Of a DNA stretch of 64,000 nt, positions 10,133 to 19,236 are shown one piece after another. Under the pieces are notes generated by a model. It ran no database searches and was not told the DNA's origin. It was given only the letters and a program-made list of their open reading frames with translations. The stretch comes from an uncultured virus (IMG/VR IMGVR_UViG_3300034407_003469) (taxonomy: Duplodnaviria; Heunggongvirae; Uroviricota; Caudoviricetes): IMG/VR virus record IMGVR_UViG_3300034407_003469; one strand, given 5' to 3'. The position numbers were made by a program, and so were the translations under genes. Numbering within the stretch: the stretch's first letter is position 1; each line of letters begins with the position of its first letter.

Positions 10133-10396
10133 TTAAATTCCCATCATTTGTAATCTTGCAGTAATAACTTTAGTATAATTGCAAGTACCACAACATCTAC
10201 CGTGACCTTTAGAGATTGGGTCTGCATTATGCCCATATATTGTATTTGTTCTGTTTACAGAAATAAATTCCATCTCTTGACCACATAAACAACATTCATT
10301 TTTTTTTAACTTTTTTGTAGGTGAGTTTCTCAAAGATTTTCCAACGACTTTTGTTCTTGCTTTATAGTTTCCTCTAAAATTGTGTTTTATAGACAT
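10133..10396 (-). CDS. Small zinc-finger-like phage protein
   Basis: CCLCG...GHNADP...GRCCGTCN..KVI.AR. Confidence 0.6.
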   Translation of the reverse strand: MSIKHNFRGNYKARTKVVGKSLRNSPTKKLKKNECCLCGQEMEFISVNRTNTIYGHNADPISKGHGRCCGTCNYTKVITARLQMMGI

Positions 10397-10419
10397 TGCT
10401 TTGTAATTTAATTAAACAT

Positions 10420-10463
10420 ATTTGATTTCGGTGTAAAGATAAATAAATTTTATAATCTACAAA
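10420..10463 (-). promoter_or_regulatory. Bacteroidota-type promoter of the early/recombination operon
   Basis: TTTG-18nt-TATCTTTA, then GAAATCAAAT. Confidence 0.55.
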
Positions 10464-10587
10464 ATAAATCTTAATAAATAAATAATTTTTTTTATAAAAT
10501 TAAGAATTTACCTGATATATATTGCAGATAAAATATTTTTAAAAATATTTAAAAAAGTATAAAAATCTTGAAAATAATTAGAGAATA

Positions 10588-11907
10588 CTATGTTTTTTCA
10601 ATTGGAAAATCGTGATTTCTAAATAATTTTCTTGCCCCTTGTTCATCTTCAAGCTGACTTTGAACAAATTCAGGGGAAGGCATAAAAAGATTTTTTCTTC
10701 TTAATTCAGGTCCTACAACATTAAACCTTGGTGTTTCTTCTGCTTCTTCTTCTGTAAGGCACTCATAACTTACCATAAGGTCTTTAATATACCTTAAACG
10801 GGACTTAATTTGCATTTGCCATTTAGGGTGCATTTGTCCATCTTCCCCTGCTACTTCTTTTAATTTTTCACTTAATTCATTAAATCTTGCATCTAAAAAT
10901 TTACACCCAAATTTATCAAATCCTGTTTCTATATTGTCTACAAAATCAGGAGTTATAAAAGATTGGTCAATATCAGGGGTTACTGTTTCTGCAATAAGTG
11001 GAGTAGATAAATCTACATAAGTATAATCTAAAACTATACGAATTGTTTGTTCAGGTAAAAGTGTATATCTAATTTTTGTAAAACCATCTAATATATAACC
11101 TTTTTCATCAGGAGTTACTATATAGTTCTGTTGTTGGTATGGGTCAATGGTTGGTGTAAGAACCTTTTGATAAACTCTACCTGTTGCTAAAGTTCTATCA
11201 AATAAAAATGGTTGTAGTAATTGTTGTTTTGATGCAGAATATAATTGAAAGTTTTTGACATCATAAGTTCTTCCTATTGTACTCCATAAGAAATCACTAT
11301 AACTAAAATTTGGATTTGATGCTACTACTGATACATTTGGATTAGATATTAAAGCAGGTGAAGATTGTGCTATCGTAGGAGTTGCCGTTATAGGTGCCCA
11401 AATGGGTCCTGTACCACCGAATAATTTAATTGCTCCTGCACCATAATTATATGCAGGATTGTTTACGGCTATATCATTTGCCGTTGCCCAAGCAGGGTCA
11501 ACAGTTACTTGAAAAGTAAATACACCTGTGCCACCACTCAAATCTATAATAACCCAATCTCCAATAACACTTAAAGTAGGGTTAGTATTTAAAAAATTCT
11601 CAAATTGGGCAGTAGTTAAAGTTTGAAGAGTAGCTACATTAGTAACCTCAACTGAAATTCCCACTCCAGAGGTAGTTTTAAATTTTATAGAAATACTACC
11701 GGGTTGGTTAAGAACCGAATTATACCACCAAAATAAGTCCCCAATAGTATTATTATATACAGGAGGAACACCATAATCAGCAAAATTTCCTGACCAAGAA
11801 TATACAGTTTCAGTTACACCACCACCTGTTAAATTTGAAGATTCAAAAATATCTATCTCTTGAGAATCATTTGAATTATTTGAAAAAGATACTACAAAAT
11901 TATCCAT
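10588..11907 (-). CDS. Paralogue of the candidate capsid protein with large insertion (minor capsid/turret candidate)
   Basis: YSDFLW...QKVLTPTIDPYQQQ...LDGFT matches YLEFLW...QKTLVPTIDPYQNQ...WDGFT of 36162-36887. Confidence 0.6.
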   Translation of the reverse strand: MDNFVVSFSNNSNDSQEIDIFESSNLTGGGVTETVYSWSGNFADYGVPPVYNNTIGDLFWWYNSVLNQPGSISIKFKTTSGVGISVEVTNVATLQTLTTAQFENFLNTNPTLSVIGDWVIIDLSGGTGVFTFQVTVDPAWATANDIAVNNPAYNYGAGAIKLFGGTGPIWAPITATPTIAQSSPALISNPNVSVVASNPNFSYSDFLWSTIGRTYDVKNFQLYSASKQQLLQPFLFDRTLATGRVYQKVLTPTIDPYQQQNYIVTPDEKGYILDGFTKIRYTLLPEQTIRIVLDYTYVDLSTPLIAETVTPDIDQSFITPDFVDNIETGFDKFGCKFLDARFNELSEKLKEVAGEDGQMHPKWQMQIKSRLRYIKDLMVSYECLTEEEAEETPRFNVVGPELRRKNLFMPSPEFVQSQLEDEQGARKLFRNHDFPIEKT

Positions 11908-12582
11908 TTATTTACTGTTTTTAATTATAGTAAACCATTCATTATTGTAGTCATTTAAATAGCCATTTTGGTCAATATTTAAAATTCTTTTTGTAACACC
12001 ATCATTTACATTGCCTCCAATTACTTCTATATTTCTTTTTTTTCTATTTACATCAACCACAATATCGCAATGTCCTTTATATGCTCTTGTAGTATCATAG
12101 TCCACCCCTGATTCTCTCGCATAACACACTAAATCTCCTAATTCAGGCTTTTTTTCTTCTAATTTATATGCTTTAAAATTAGAATTATTATTTGTTTTTC
12201 TGTTTTGTATAAAAGGTCTAATGTATTGATTATGTGCTGATGTATAAGGAAATTCACTTCCTGCCCCACTTTTACGCATCAAAAATGAAATGAAAGCAGA
12301 TGACCAAGGGGTATCTGAACACCCATCTTTATTTATGTTAACACCTTTACTCCAATATTCCCCCACTCTTTCTCTATATATATTGCTACACTCTATTTCT
12401 CCTGTTTCTTGCACTTCTCCTTGCGATATAAGAGGCTTTCCCCATAAAGCCCATTCTTTATTAGCATTTGATATAAGATTTCTTTTAAACCCACTTAATC
12501 GTAATCTTTTCAACAATATAAGTAAACCTGCTGAAACTAAAACTCCAAATGATATACCAATAACTAATTGACTTTTTTTCAT
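11908..12582 (-). CDS. Membrane-anchored DUF2272/CHAP-like peptidoglycan hydrolase
   Basis: N-terminal TM; PWSSAFIS, GDLVCY.R, HCDIVV, IGGNV. Confidence 0.7.
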   Translation of the reverse strand: MKKSQLVIGISFGVLVSAGLLILLKRLRLSGFKRNLISNANKEWALWGKPLISQGEVQETGEIECSNIYRERVGEYWSKGVNINKDGCSDTPWSSAFISFLMRKSGAGSEFPYTSAHNQYIRPFIQNRKTNNNSNFKAYKLEEKKPELGDLVCYARESGVDYDTTRAYKGHCDIVVDVNRKKRNIEVIGGNVNDGVTKRILNIDQNGYLNDYNNEWFTIIKNSK

Positions 12583-12980
12583 TTTTTCATTCTTGTGTAA
12601 ACATAGTAGCCAATAAGCATAAATGCTCCCCAATAATACCATTTAATTGGTTTATTTTCAAATACACCTCCATCTGCTTCTTCTCTTCCGTTGTCTGTTA
12701 AGGCTCCTCTTACTGCTTCTTCTACTTTATTGTATTTTAGCTTTATTACATTTACATCCGATGAAAAATCTTTAATTGATACTGTTTTATTATTGTAACC
12801 TATATAGGAAATAGTTATGAAATCAGATGGAAATACATCAATAGTGAAATATCCTTCTTTATCTGCCTTTGTTTTGGCACCATCATCTATAAGGTTACCA
12901 TCTTTATCAGTAACAATTATTGTAGCTTGAGGCAACACCTCTTTTGATTTACTATCTATTACTTGTCCTTTTGCTAACAT
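12579..12980 (-). CDS. Carboxypeptidase-regulatory-like (SusC N-terminal type) domain with C-terminal TM
   Basis: GQVIDS...LPQATI...ADKEGYFTI...ISYIGY. Confidence 0.7.
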   Translation of the reverse strand: MLAKGQVIDSKSKEVLPQATIIVTDKDGNLIDDGAKTKADKEGYFTIDVFPSDFITISYIGYNNKTVSIKDFSSDVNVIKLKYNKVEEAVRGALTDNGREEADGGVFENKPIKWYYWGAFMLIGYYVYTRMKK

Positions 12981-12987
12981 TTTTTTA

Positions 12988-13098
12988 TTATTTATCTTCT
13001 GTTTCTATTATATCATTAGAAACTACTCTATGAATTATTAAATACCCTGTTAGTAGCAATAATCCAATAAATATATCTTTTTTAACTTTCTTATTCAT
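12988..13098 (-). CDS. Small membrane protein (36 aa)
   Basis: Hand translation MNKKVKKDIFIGLLLLTGYLIIH... Confidence 0.5.
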   Translation of the reverse strand: MNKKVKKDIFIGLLLLTGYLIIHRVVSNDIIETEDK

Positions 13099-13102
13099 CC
13101 TC

Positions 13103-14080
13103 TTAATCTTCTGTTTGAAAGTCAACCCTATTATACTTCTTCCAAAATTCATCTCTGTCCATACCCTTTATATATACTTCTTTAGCACTATATTCTGCTC
13201 TCTCTCTATCTGTCATCAACAATTCATCAAGTATTACTTCCTCTCCTGTATGTGAAAAGCCTACTATCCGATGATTTTCAGGTATATCATTATAAATTAT
13301 ACTAACGGTAGCAGTTTCTCCTCCTTTTGCATAATCTTCTTCTCCGTGATAATCTTCTAATCTTTCTTTGAAAGTATAATATAAAAGATTTGGGTCATCA
13401 CTTTGTTTTTCTTCAAACTCTACAAAATCTTCATCTCCCAAATCAATCAATCTATCTCTTAAATCGTAAACCTCACCACCTTTTGCATATTCATACTCCT
13501 TTAAGTTGTATTTCTTTATTGAACCCTCTCTTTCCTCCGATGTTTTATACCACTCAACATCCATAATTTCCTCACTCTCCTCATCAATTAAATTTATACC
13601 ATAAATTAAGCCCTCGTTGTTATCCGATTCAGGATATTTCATATCTCTCCTTACATCTTCCCAATTTACATATTCAAAATAACCACCAACCTCACCACCT
13701 TCTGCATAATGGTCTGAATCTTTCATAATTGTCCCATCAGGCATCTTATGATAACCTTTTGCTAAACCACCTTTTGCAAAAAAGTATATTTCATCTGTGG
13801 ACAAAGGTTCATCTCCAAATTCTACAAGTTGTTTAGATAATGTTCTTCTGTAATTTACAAGAAAATGTTTTTTTATTTTTTCTTTATCTCCACTCATCGC
13901 CACTTCTAAATCAAATAATGGCTTTGCTAAAGTATGATAATTAACATCTTCTAAACTGTCAGCATATTTTTCTATCGTTTTTTCTGATGTGTCCATATCA
14001 ATGGTTTTTCCATATTCTACCATTCCATCATAATCAAAATCTTCCGACCACTTATCTCCTAATTTATATTTTTTTGCCAT
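13103..14080 (-). CDS. Acidic modular protein with four xAxGG linkers
   Basis: FAKGG, YAEGG, YAKGG, YAKGG; includes an HKMPDGTIM..H module. Confidence 0.65.
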   Translation of the reverse strand: MAKKYKLGDKWSEDFDYDGMVEYGKTIDMDTSEKTIEKYADSLEDVNYHTLAKPLFDLEVAMSGDKEKIKKHFLVNYRRTLSKQLVEFGDEPLSTDEIYFFAKGGLAKGYHKMPDGTIMKDSDHYAEGGEVGGYFEYVNWEDVRRDMKYPESDNNEGLIYGINLIDEESEEIMDVEWYKTSEEREGSIKKYNLKEYEYAKGGEVYDLRDRLIDLGDEDFVEFEEKQSDDPNLLYYTFKERLEDYHGEEDYAKGGETATVSIIYNDIPENHRIVGFSHTGEEVILDELLMTDRERAEYSAKEVYIKGMDRDEFWKKYNRVDFQTED

Positions 14081-14087
14081 ATTTTTT

Positions 14088-14762
14088 TTATTTTATTAAT
14101 GCAGGTATTAATATTCCTGTACCCACTCCCAAGCCATACCAAAAACCTTTTTTATCATAAAATCTCGTATCATTCTTGATTACGACATTCTTTAAACTAT
14201 TTACATCAACAAAAGGATTTTCATTCTTTACCGTAACGGTAGGTGTGGGAGATTTGAAAATACCATTACTTTTTAAACCTAAAGTAATAGTCTGTCTGTT
14301 ATACAAAGATAAAGAATCTATCCACATCCCTTTGTTATTTATTGTAGAATATAAAGAATACCATTCTTCTTCTATTCCAAATTTAGTGGGTAGCTTTAAA
14401 AATGCTAATCCCTGACTATCAAAAACTATTCTATCTACTGTATCTATGATGGGAACAAATATGCTATCTATTTTAGTTATTGTCTTAATGGTTACTTGAG
14501 ATTTTACTTTTTTTAAATCTTCTATAACAAGTAAATTATTAGCTATCGCATCTTTTTGAGATAAAATAATTTGGTCTTGTTCTGCAATCCGTTCTCCGTT
14601 ATCGTTTAACTTTTGTATAAAATATTGTTCTCCATCTTTAAACTTTATTACTTGTTTTTTGAAATCATTTAATTTAGCATTAGTGCTTAACAACTGACTA
14701 ACAAGAATAAAAACTAAAGTTAAACATACTAATAATATCTTATTTGTGTGTTTAGCAAACAT
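14088..14762 (-). CDS. Rz/spanin-like lysis protein candidate
   Basis: N-terminal TM, coiled coil, C-terminal WYGLGVG segment; next to the holin candidate. Confidence 0.45.
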   Translation of the reverse strand: MFAKHTNKILLVCLTLVFILVSQLLSTNAKLNDFKKQVIKFKDGEQYFIQKLNDNGERIAEQDQIILSQKDAIANNLLVIEDLKKVKSQVTIKTITKIDSIFVPIIDTVDRIVFDSQGLAFLKLPTKFGIEEEWYSLYSTINNKGMWIDSLSLYNRQTITLGLKSNGIFKSPTPTVTVKNENPFVDVNSLKNVVIKNDTRFYDKKGFWYGLGVGTGILIPALIK

Positions 14763-14768
14763 TACATA

Positions 14769-14960
14769 CTATTTCTTTCCAAGATTAGATAAATGCTCTC
14801 CCGTGTTTCCTACGGCATATATACCAAATATCCACATTACAAATTGTGACCAATCAGTAAAATCTGCTTTACCCGTAAATAAAAACAAGGTTGCACATAA
14901 AAACAACAAAATCGCAAAAAACATTTTACGACCTCCAATAAATCCAAATACCTTTTCCAT
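14769..14960 (-). CDS. Holin-like two-TM protein
   Basis: GGRKMFF..., two TM helices, GIYAVGN. Confidence 0.5.
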   Translation of the reverse strand: MEKVFGFIGGRKMFFAILLFLCATLFLFTGKADFTDWSQFVMWIFGIYAVGNTGEHLSNLGKK

Positions 14961-14971
14961 AATTAAAATTT

Positions 14972-15637
14972 TTAATTCATTATTCTAACATCAAATATGC
15001 TCTGATTTGCAGAAACAATTCTTCTGTTAACTTCTTCCCAATTTATTATATTAAATATATTCTTGACATATCTCTCTCTATCAGAGTCGTATTTAAGATA
15101 ATATGCGTGTTCCCATACATCTATACCTAATAAAGGAAAAGATTGATACTCGGGCATATATGGGTTATCTTGATAAGGAGTAGCAAGTATGTTTGTACTC
15201 CCATCTCTATTCATTACCCACCATACCCAACCTGAACCAAACCTTTTTTGAGATGCTTCTAAAATATATTCTTTGAATTGCCCATAAGTTCCAAAGTCCT
15301 GTATAATTTTAGCCAAAGAAACTCCAAAAGGAGCATTTGTCTTTTTTTTAGGATTTGGCTTGAGCATTTTCCAAAACATAGAATGATTTACATATCCTCC
15401 CCCATTATCTCTAATTTCAATTGGATATCTATCTATATTTTGCATAATCTTGATGACAGGCTCATTAATATCATATTTTTCAACTGCCTTGTTAAACTTT
15501 TTTAAATACCCCAAATAATGTTTATTATAGTGTATTTGCATAGTTTCCTCATCTATATAAGGCTCAAGAGCATCATAAGAATAAGGTAAACGGACAGATG
15601 AAAATTTTATCAACTCGTAATCATCATATTTATTCAT
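14972..15637 (-). CDS. sodA: Fe/Mn superoxide dismutase (Mn-type signatures)
   Basis: LPYSYDALEPYID..TM.IH..KH, NGGG..NH..FW, FGSGW.W, QDNP, DVWEHAYY. Confidence 0.92.
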   Translation of the reverse strand: MNKYDDYELIKFSSVRLPYSYDALEPYIDEETMQIHYNKHYLGYLKKFNKAVEKYDINEPVIKIMQNIDRYPIEIRDNGGGYVNHSMFWKMLKPNPKKKTNAPFGVSLAKIIQDFGTYGQFKEYILEASQKRFGSGWVWWVMNRDGSTNILATPYQDNPYMPEYQSFPLLGIDVWEHAYYLKYDSDRERYVKNIFNIINWEEVNRRIVSANQSIFDVRIMN

Positions 15638-15758
15638 TTTCAAACTTTTTATTTAATATTAAAAATCGTGTGGTAATTACCGAACTTCTCAATAAAGTGA
15701 AGGACCCAACTACACACACAACCATTAATATACTAATAGCAACTTTATTTTTCACTTA

Positions 15759-15857
15759 CTATTTACACTTGTAGATAAGGTAGCCTAACATTCCAATGAT
15801 TATAACATTGTGAACATTATTACCACCTAAAAAATCTGCACTTTTGATATCAAACAT
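15759..15857 (-). CDS. Small membrane protein (32 aa)
   Basis: Hand translation MFDIKSADFLGGNNVHNVIIIGMLGYLIYKCK. Confidence 0.5.
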   Translation of the reverse strand: MFDIKSADFLGGNNVHNVIIIGMLGYLIYKCK

Positions 15858-15884
15858 CTTTTTTTTTTTAGGTTAATACTCATT

Positions 15885-16070
15885 TTAATTATCTTCTAAT
15901 AGATTATATTTTTTTATAAGTCTATTTTTAATTTTTTTTAATTTTTCTTTAGATACTCTTGTAGGAGTAAATAATTCGTTTTGCATATTCCAACAAGGAA
16001 CAATGGGCTTCATATTAGAAATAGTTATGTTTAAATCTTTAATAATTTTTTTCGCCCTTTCCCTACACAT
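15885..16070 (-). CDS. Basic hypothetical protein
   Basis: 61-aa ORF. Confidence 0.45.
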   Translation of the reverse strand: MCRERAKKIIKDLNITISNMKPIVPCWNMQNELFTPTRVSKEKLKKIKNRLIKKYNLLEDN

Positions 16071-16074
16071 ATTT

Positions 16075-16485
16075 TTACTTTAATAATAAGTAACCAACTA
16101 AAGCAATTCCAACATAAGGTAAATATGACATCATTTCGTTAGTAGGAGTTGGTACACCATTACCTACTGAACTTGAACCTGTATTCATACCTGTGTTTAA
16201 ACCATTACCCATAGGAATTTTATCTCCACAAGGGTCTTTGTCCATTGTCCAATTATCAGGACATACATATTGTCCATCTGCTCTCCATTTTACTGAAAAC
16301 CTATTTTGAATTACACCTCCTGCATCACATCTGTTACAAGTGATTGATTGAGTTCTTGGAGAAACAGGACTTTCCTCGTTAGTTGTGGAAATATTTCTGT
16401 CAGCATCTATAACCATTGTATTTTCTCGTGGTGCAACAGGAATACCTGTATTTCCCACCTTATTAAACCATAATTCTTTATCCAT
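16075..16485 (-). CDS. Cys-containing protein with C-terminal TM
   Basis: ELWFNKVG motif, 4 Cys, C-terminal TM. Confidence 0.6.
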   Translation of the reverse strand: MDKELWFNKVGNTGIPVAPRENTMVIDADRNISTTNEESPVSPRTQSITCNRCDAGGVIQNRFSVKWRADGQYVCPDNWTMDKDPCGDKIPMGNGLNTGMNTGSSSVGNGVPTPTNEMMSYLPYVGIALVGYLLLK

Positions 16486-16490
16486 TTTTT

Positions 16491-16661
16491 TTATTTTAAT
16501 CCAAATAATTCATCTATTGACTTACCTTCATAATATTTATCTTTTAAATAACTGTCATAAATTTTAATAGCAAAAAGTATTGCAAGTATATTAAATGCTA
16601 CTTGTAGGTCAAAAGGGGCACTCCCTCCTGCTTTCATTTTAGCGATACTTTTATGACTCAT
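16491..16661 (-). CDS. Small membrane protein (56 aa)
   Basis: Hand translation MSHKSIAKMKAGGSAPFDLQVAFNILAILFAIKI...; TAATG coupling. Confidence 0.55.
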   Translation of the reverse strand: MSHKSIAKMKAGGSAPFDLQVAFNILAILFAIKIYDSYLKDKYYEGKSIDELFGLK

Positions 16662-16879
16662 TAACTTTCTTCATTTATATTCCAATTTTCCTCTGTCTTA
16701 ATAGGAATTTTATTAGATTTTTTCATTTGCTTTAATTCAGCTTTTACTAATTTAATTCGTAAATAATCCAAATAAGTTTTAACTGCATAAGAAACACCAA
16801 TTGCTACTGCAATAGCACTTCCTACCGTTAATATTTTTGCTAAATGCCCTTCTTCTAAATAATCTTCCCACTTCGCCAT
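16661..16879 (-). CDS. Membrane protein
   Basis: Central TM helix. Confidence 0.55.
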   Translation of the reverse strand: MAKWEDYLEEGHLAKILTVGSAIAVAIGVSYAVKTYLDYLRIKLVKAELKQMKKSNKIPIKTEENWNINEES

Positions 16880-16882
16880 CTT

Positions 16883-16981
16883 CTAATTGTTTCTTGTAAC
16901 AGTAATACTTTTAGAAATATACTCTTGGTATAGCATATAACCCCCATATCCTGCTAATGCATATTTAATTATTGTAAACAT
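16883..16981 (-). CDS. Small membrane protein (32 aa)
   Basis: MFTIIKYALAGYGVYMLYQ resembles the N-terminus of 16987-17280. Confidence 0.55.
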   Translation of the reverse strand: MFTIIKYALAGYGGYMLYQEYISKSITVTRNN

Positions 16982-16986
16982 AGTAA

Positions 16987-17280
16987 TTATGAACAAGAAC
17001 CACAAGCATTTGTCATATCAGTAGTTTGCCACTCTGTACCTTGCAGTCCACTCATATTTTGAAATACTCCTCCTTCTTGCCACATTGTTTCTCTGTTTCT
17101 TCCTGCTTGTTGCCATTCTGTTCCTGTAAAATTAGTATTAGCATCTTGCCAAGCAGTACCTCTAATACCATCTCTTTGCCAAGCCGTACCTGAATAGTTT
17201 GACATAGCAGTCATTCTTTCATATAATTTATAGGCTCCGAATCCTGCAAGTCCATAAATTGCGATTGTTTTTAAATCCAT
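16987..17280 (-). CDS. Membrane-anchored protein with five TxWQ repeats
   Basis: GTAWQ x2, GTEWQ x2, ETMWQ. Confidence 0.6.
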   Translation of the reverse strand: MDLKTIAIYGLAGFGAYKLYERMTAMSNYSGTAWQRDGIRGTAWQDANTNFTGTEWQQAGRNRETMWQEGGVFQNMSGLQGTEWQTTDMTNACGSCS

Positions 17281-17317
17281 TTTATTTTTTTTTAATTAAT
17301 TATTATTTAGTTACTAT

Positions 17318-17719
17318 TTATTTTAAAGGTAGTTCTAAAACTTTATTTCCTTGAAAAAGATAATCATTTTCAGGGTACATCATTTTTGAATTTCCTAAAT
17401 TATCTATACCCAAAACAGGAAAATCTACATCTTTCATAGTTATATTCCCACTTGGTATTACATTATAAGGTCTATTTACATCCTTACTATTTCTTTTATA
17501 TCCATCATTAGAGTAAACATCTCCTCCAAAACCTATTGATGCCGAACCACCTATTGGCAAACCTCCTATTACTCCATTTGAAGGAACACTAACAATATAT
17601 GGTTGAGATTGATTATTGTTTTGAAAAAAATTATCTTCATCAGAATCATTAAACCACGAATTTCGTGTATCTAATAAATTAGAAACATCTGCATATCCAT
17701 CTTTAATAATACTATTCAT
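17318..17719 (-). CDS. Hypothetical virion protein
   Basis: C-terminal GYKRNS...IPSGNITMKDVDFPVLGIDNLGN module, recalled from crAss-like phage proteins. Confidence 0.55.
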   Translation of the reverse strand: MNSIIKDGYADVSNLLDTRNSWFNDSDEDNFFQNNNQSQPYIVSVPSNGVIGGLPIGGSASIGFGGDVYSNDGYKRNSKDVNRPYNVIPSGNITMKDVDFPVLGIDNLGNSKMMYPENDYLFQGNKVLELPLK

Positions 17720-17864
17720 AACCTCTTTTCTCTAATTCTTCTTTTACTATTTTTTGTACCCCGGGTCTGAAAATATAAATTTCAGCCAACATTTCAAGTG
17801 CAATAAAAGTTCCTACTGCAACTGTAACTGTTCCCCAATTTATTTTATCACCGAATACTTTCAT
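17712..17864 (-). CDS. Small membrane protein (50 aa)
   Basis: Hand translation MKVFGDKINWGTVTVAVGTFIALEMLAEIYIF... Confidence 0.55.
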   Translation of the reverse strand: MKVFGDKINWGTVTVAVGTFIALEMLAEIYIFRPGVQKIVKEELEKRGYE

Positions 17865-17872
17865 ATTTCTAA

Positions 17873-18256
17873 TTAAAACATAAATCTTGAGCCACCCGGA
17901 ATTTCATAATAATCTTGACCCTCACATTTAAATGCTCCTTTTTTACCATTTGCATCTATCCAAAATTCAGATATAGTACAAGGTGTCTTACCATTAATAG
18001 TTCCTGTTGTTCCTATTTGTAACATTGCAGTAGCTTTTGTTCTATCTGCACTTGGTATTCCTATCCAACCCCCTGAACCCTCTCCTCCTGAATTTGCAAT
18101 ATTAATTGAATTGCTGAATGTAGGTGTTACGGGTGCGACAGGACCTGTTGGCATCATTGGTGCAGATAATCTGCTTTGCTTTCTTTTATTCATTACATAG
18201 TATGCTCCTGCTCCAACTACTGCAACAACTAAAATTAGTTTAGTGTTTTTGTTCAT
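17873..18256 (-). CDS. N-terminally anchored membrane protein
   Basis: N-terminal TM, Pro linker, small beta domain with 2 Cys. Confidence 0.6.
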   Translation of the reverse strand: MNKNTKLILVVAVVGAGAYYVMNKRKQSRLSAPMMPTGPVAPVTPTFSNSINIANSGGEGSGGWIGIPSADRTKATAMLQIGTTGTINGKTPCTISEFWIDANGKKGAFKCEGQDYYEIPGGSRFMF

Positions 18257-18276
18257 TTTATTTAATTTAAATTAAT

Positions 18277-18420
18277 TTACTTTTTTTTATATACCATCAT
18301 ACCTGTTTTGGTTTTTTTACCAACATAGGTACTACCATTATAGCTAAATGATTTTTTTCCTGATTTTCTTGCTCTTTCTTTAGCTACCATATATGCGTTC
18401 ATTTTTCTTTTCTTTGCCAT
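18277..18420 (-). CDS. Small highly basic protein (47 aa), candidate DNA-condensing core protein
   Basis: Hand translation MAKKRKMNAYMVAKERARKSGKKSFSYNGSTYVGKKTKTGMMVYKKK. Confidence 0.6.
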   Translation of the reverse strand: MAKKRKMNAYMVAKERARKSGKKSFSYNGSTYVGKKTKTGMMVYKKK

Positions 18421-18432
18421 AGTATTTATTTA

Positions 18433-18675
18433 TTATTTTTTAAAAACTCCTTTTTTATATGCAAAATATCCTAATACTCCGATAATTGCTATCCATCCAA
18501 TTTTAGGTATTCCCATATATCCTGCACTTGTAACATTATCTGTTGCTAATTGTGTGTCAGGTAATGGGTCGCCTTCAGTTTCATCAGGTCTATTTGTTGT
18601 ACTTTTATCACCATAAAGTTGCTCATTTACTTGTCTGATATATTCAGGGTCAGTTCCCTCTGCAAATCTGCTCAT
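18433..18675 (-). CDS. C-terminally anchored membrane protein
   Basis: C-terminal TM plus KK. Confidence 0.6.
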   Translation of the reverse strand: MSRFAEGTDPEYIRQVNEQLYGDKSTTNRPDETEGDPLPDTQLATDNVTSAGYMGIPKIGWIAIIGVLGYFAYKKGVFKK

Positions 18676-18690
18676 AATTTTATTTTTTAA

Positions 18691-19236
18691 TTATTTTTTT
18701 CTTAATATATATGCTATCGTTAATGCCCCTACTATTGCTACTCCAAAAATAAGAAGATTGTTCATAGTTTTTGCTTTTTCTTCTTCCATATCTCTTCTCA
18801 ATATTAAATCGGTTTGGGCTTTTCCCAATTCTATTGCTATTTCTTTTTTTGCATTTAATTCTGCTAATTCTCTATAAAAACGAGAATCTTCTTTTTGATA
18901 CTGCTCGTTACGAAGAGCCATTTGCTCATTAAATATTCTGTTTTTTGCTGATATTATTATATTAGTGACTGTTTCAGCTACCATACTAACTGCCGAGGCT
19001 ATTGCTATTACTATATTGGAATATGCCCCTTCTTCTACTCTCCTTTGAAATAATAATAATTCAGTAACAAAATCCTCATTTAACATATTATTTGCTACTG
19101 CTTTATTAACTTCATCAACAGGAGCATCCATAGATAAATTAGCATAATTATTTTTATTTAAAAACTCTATTACTAATGATTTGTAATCAAGTATAAATTC
19201 TGCGATACCTCTAAATACAATTTCTTTTCTTACCAT
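18691..19236 (-). CDS. Membrane protein: helical N-domain, hydrophobic segment, coiled coil, C-terminal TM
   Basis: Paralogue of 19236-19778 (DAPVD/DAPID; YSN). Confidence 0.65.
   Translation of the reverse strand: MVRKEIVFRGIAEFILDYKSLVIEFLNKNNYANLSMDAPVDEVNKAVANNMLNEDFVTELLLFQRRVEEGAYSNIVIAIASAVSMVAETVTNIIISAKNRIFNEQMALRNEQYQKEDSRFYRELAELNAKKEIAIELGKAQTDLILRRDMEEEKAKTMNNLLIFGVAIVGALTIAYILRKK

Noticed and set aside
15660..15750. Possible hairpin or ncRNA upstream of sod
   Set aside because: Only weak, imperfect complementarity (GTGTGG/CTACAC); not supportable by eye
16987..17280. RiPP precursor cluster
   Set aside because: No radical SAM, YcaO or lanthipeptide enzymes or transporter nearby
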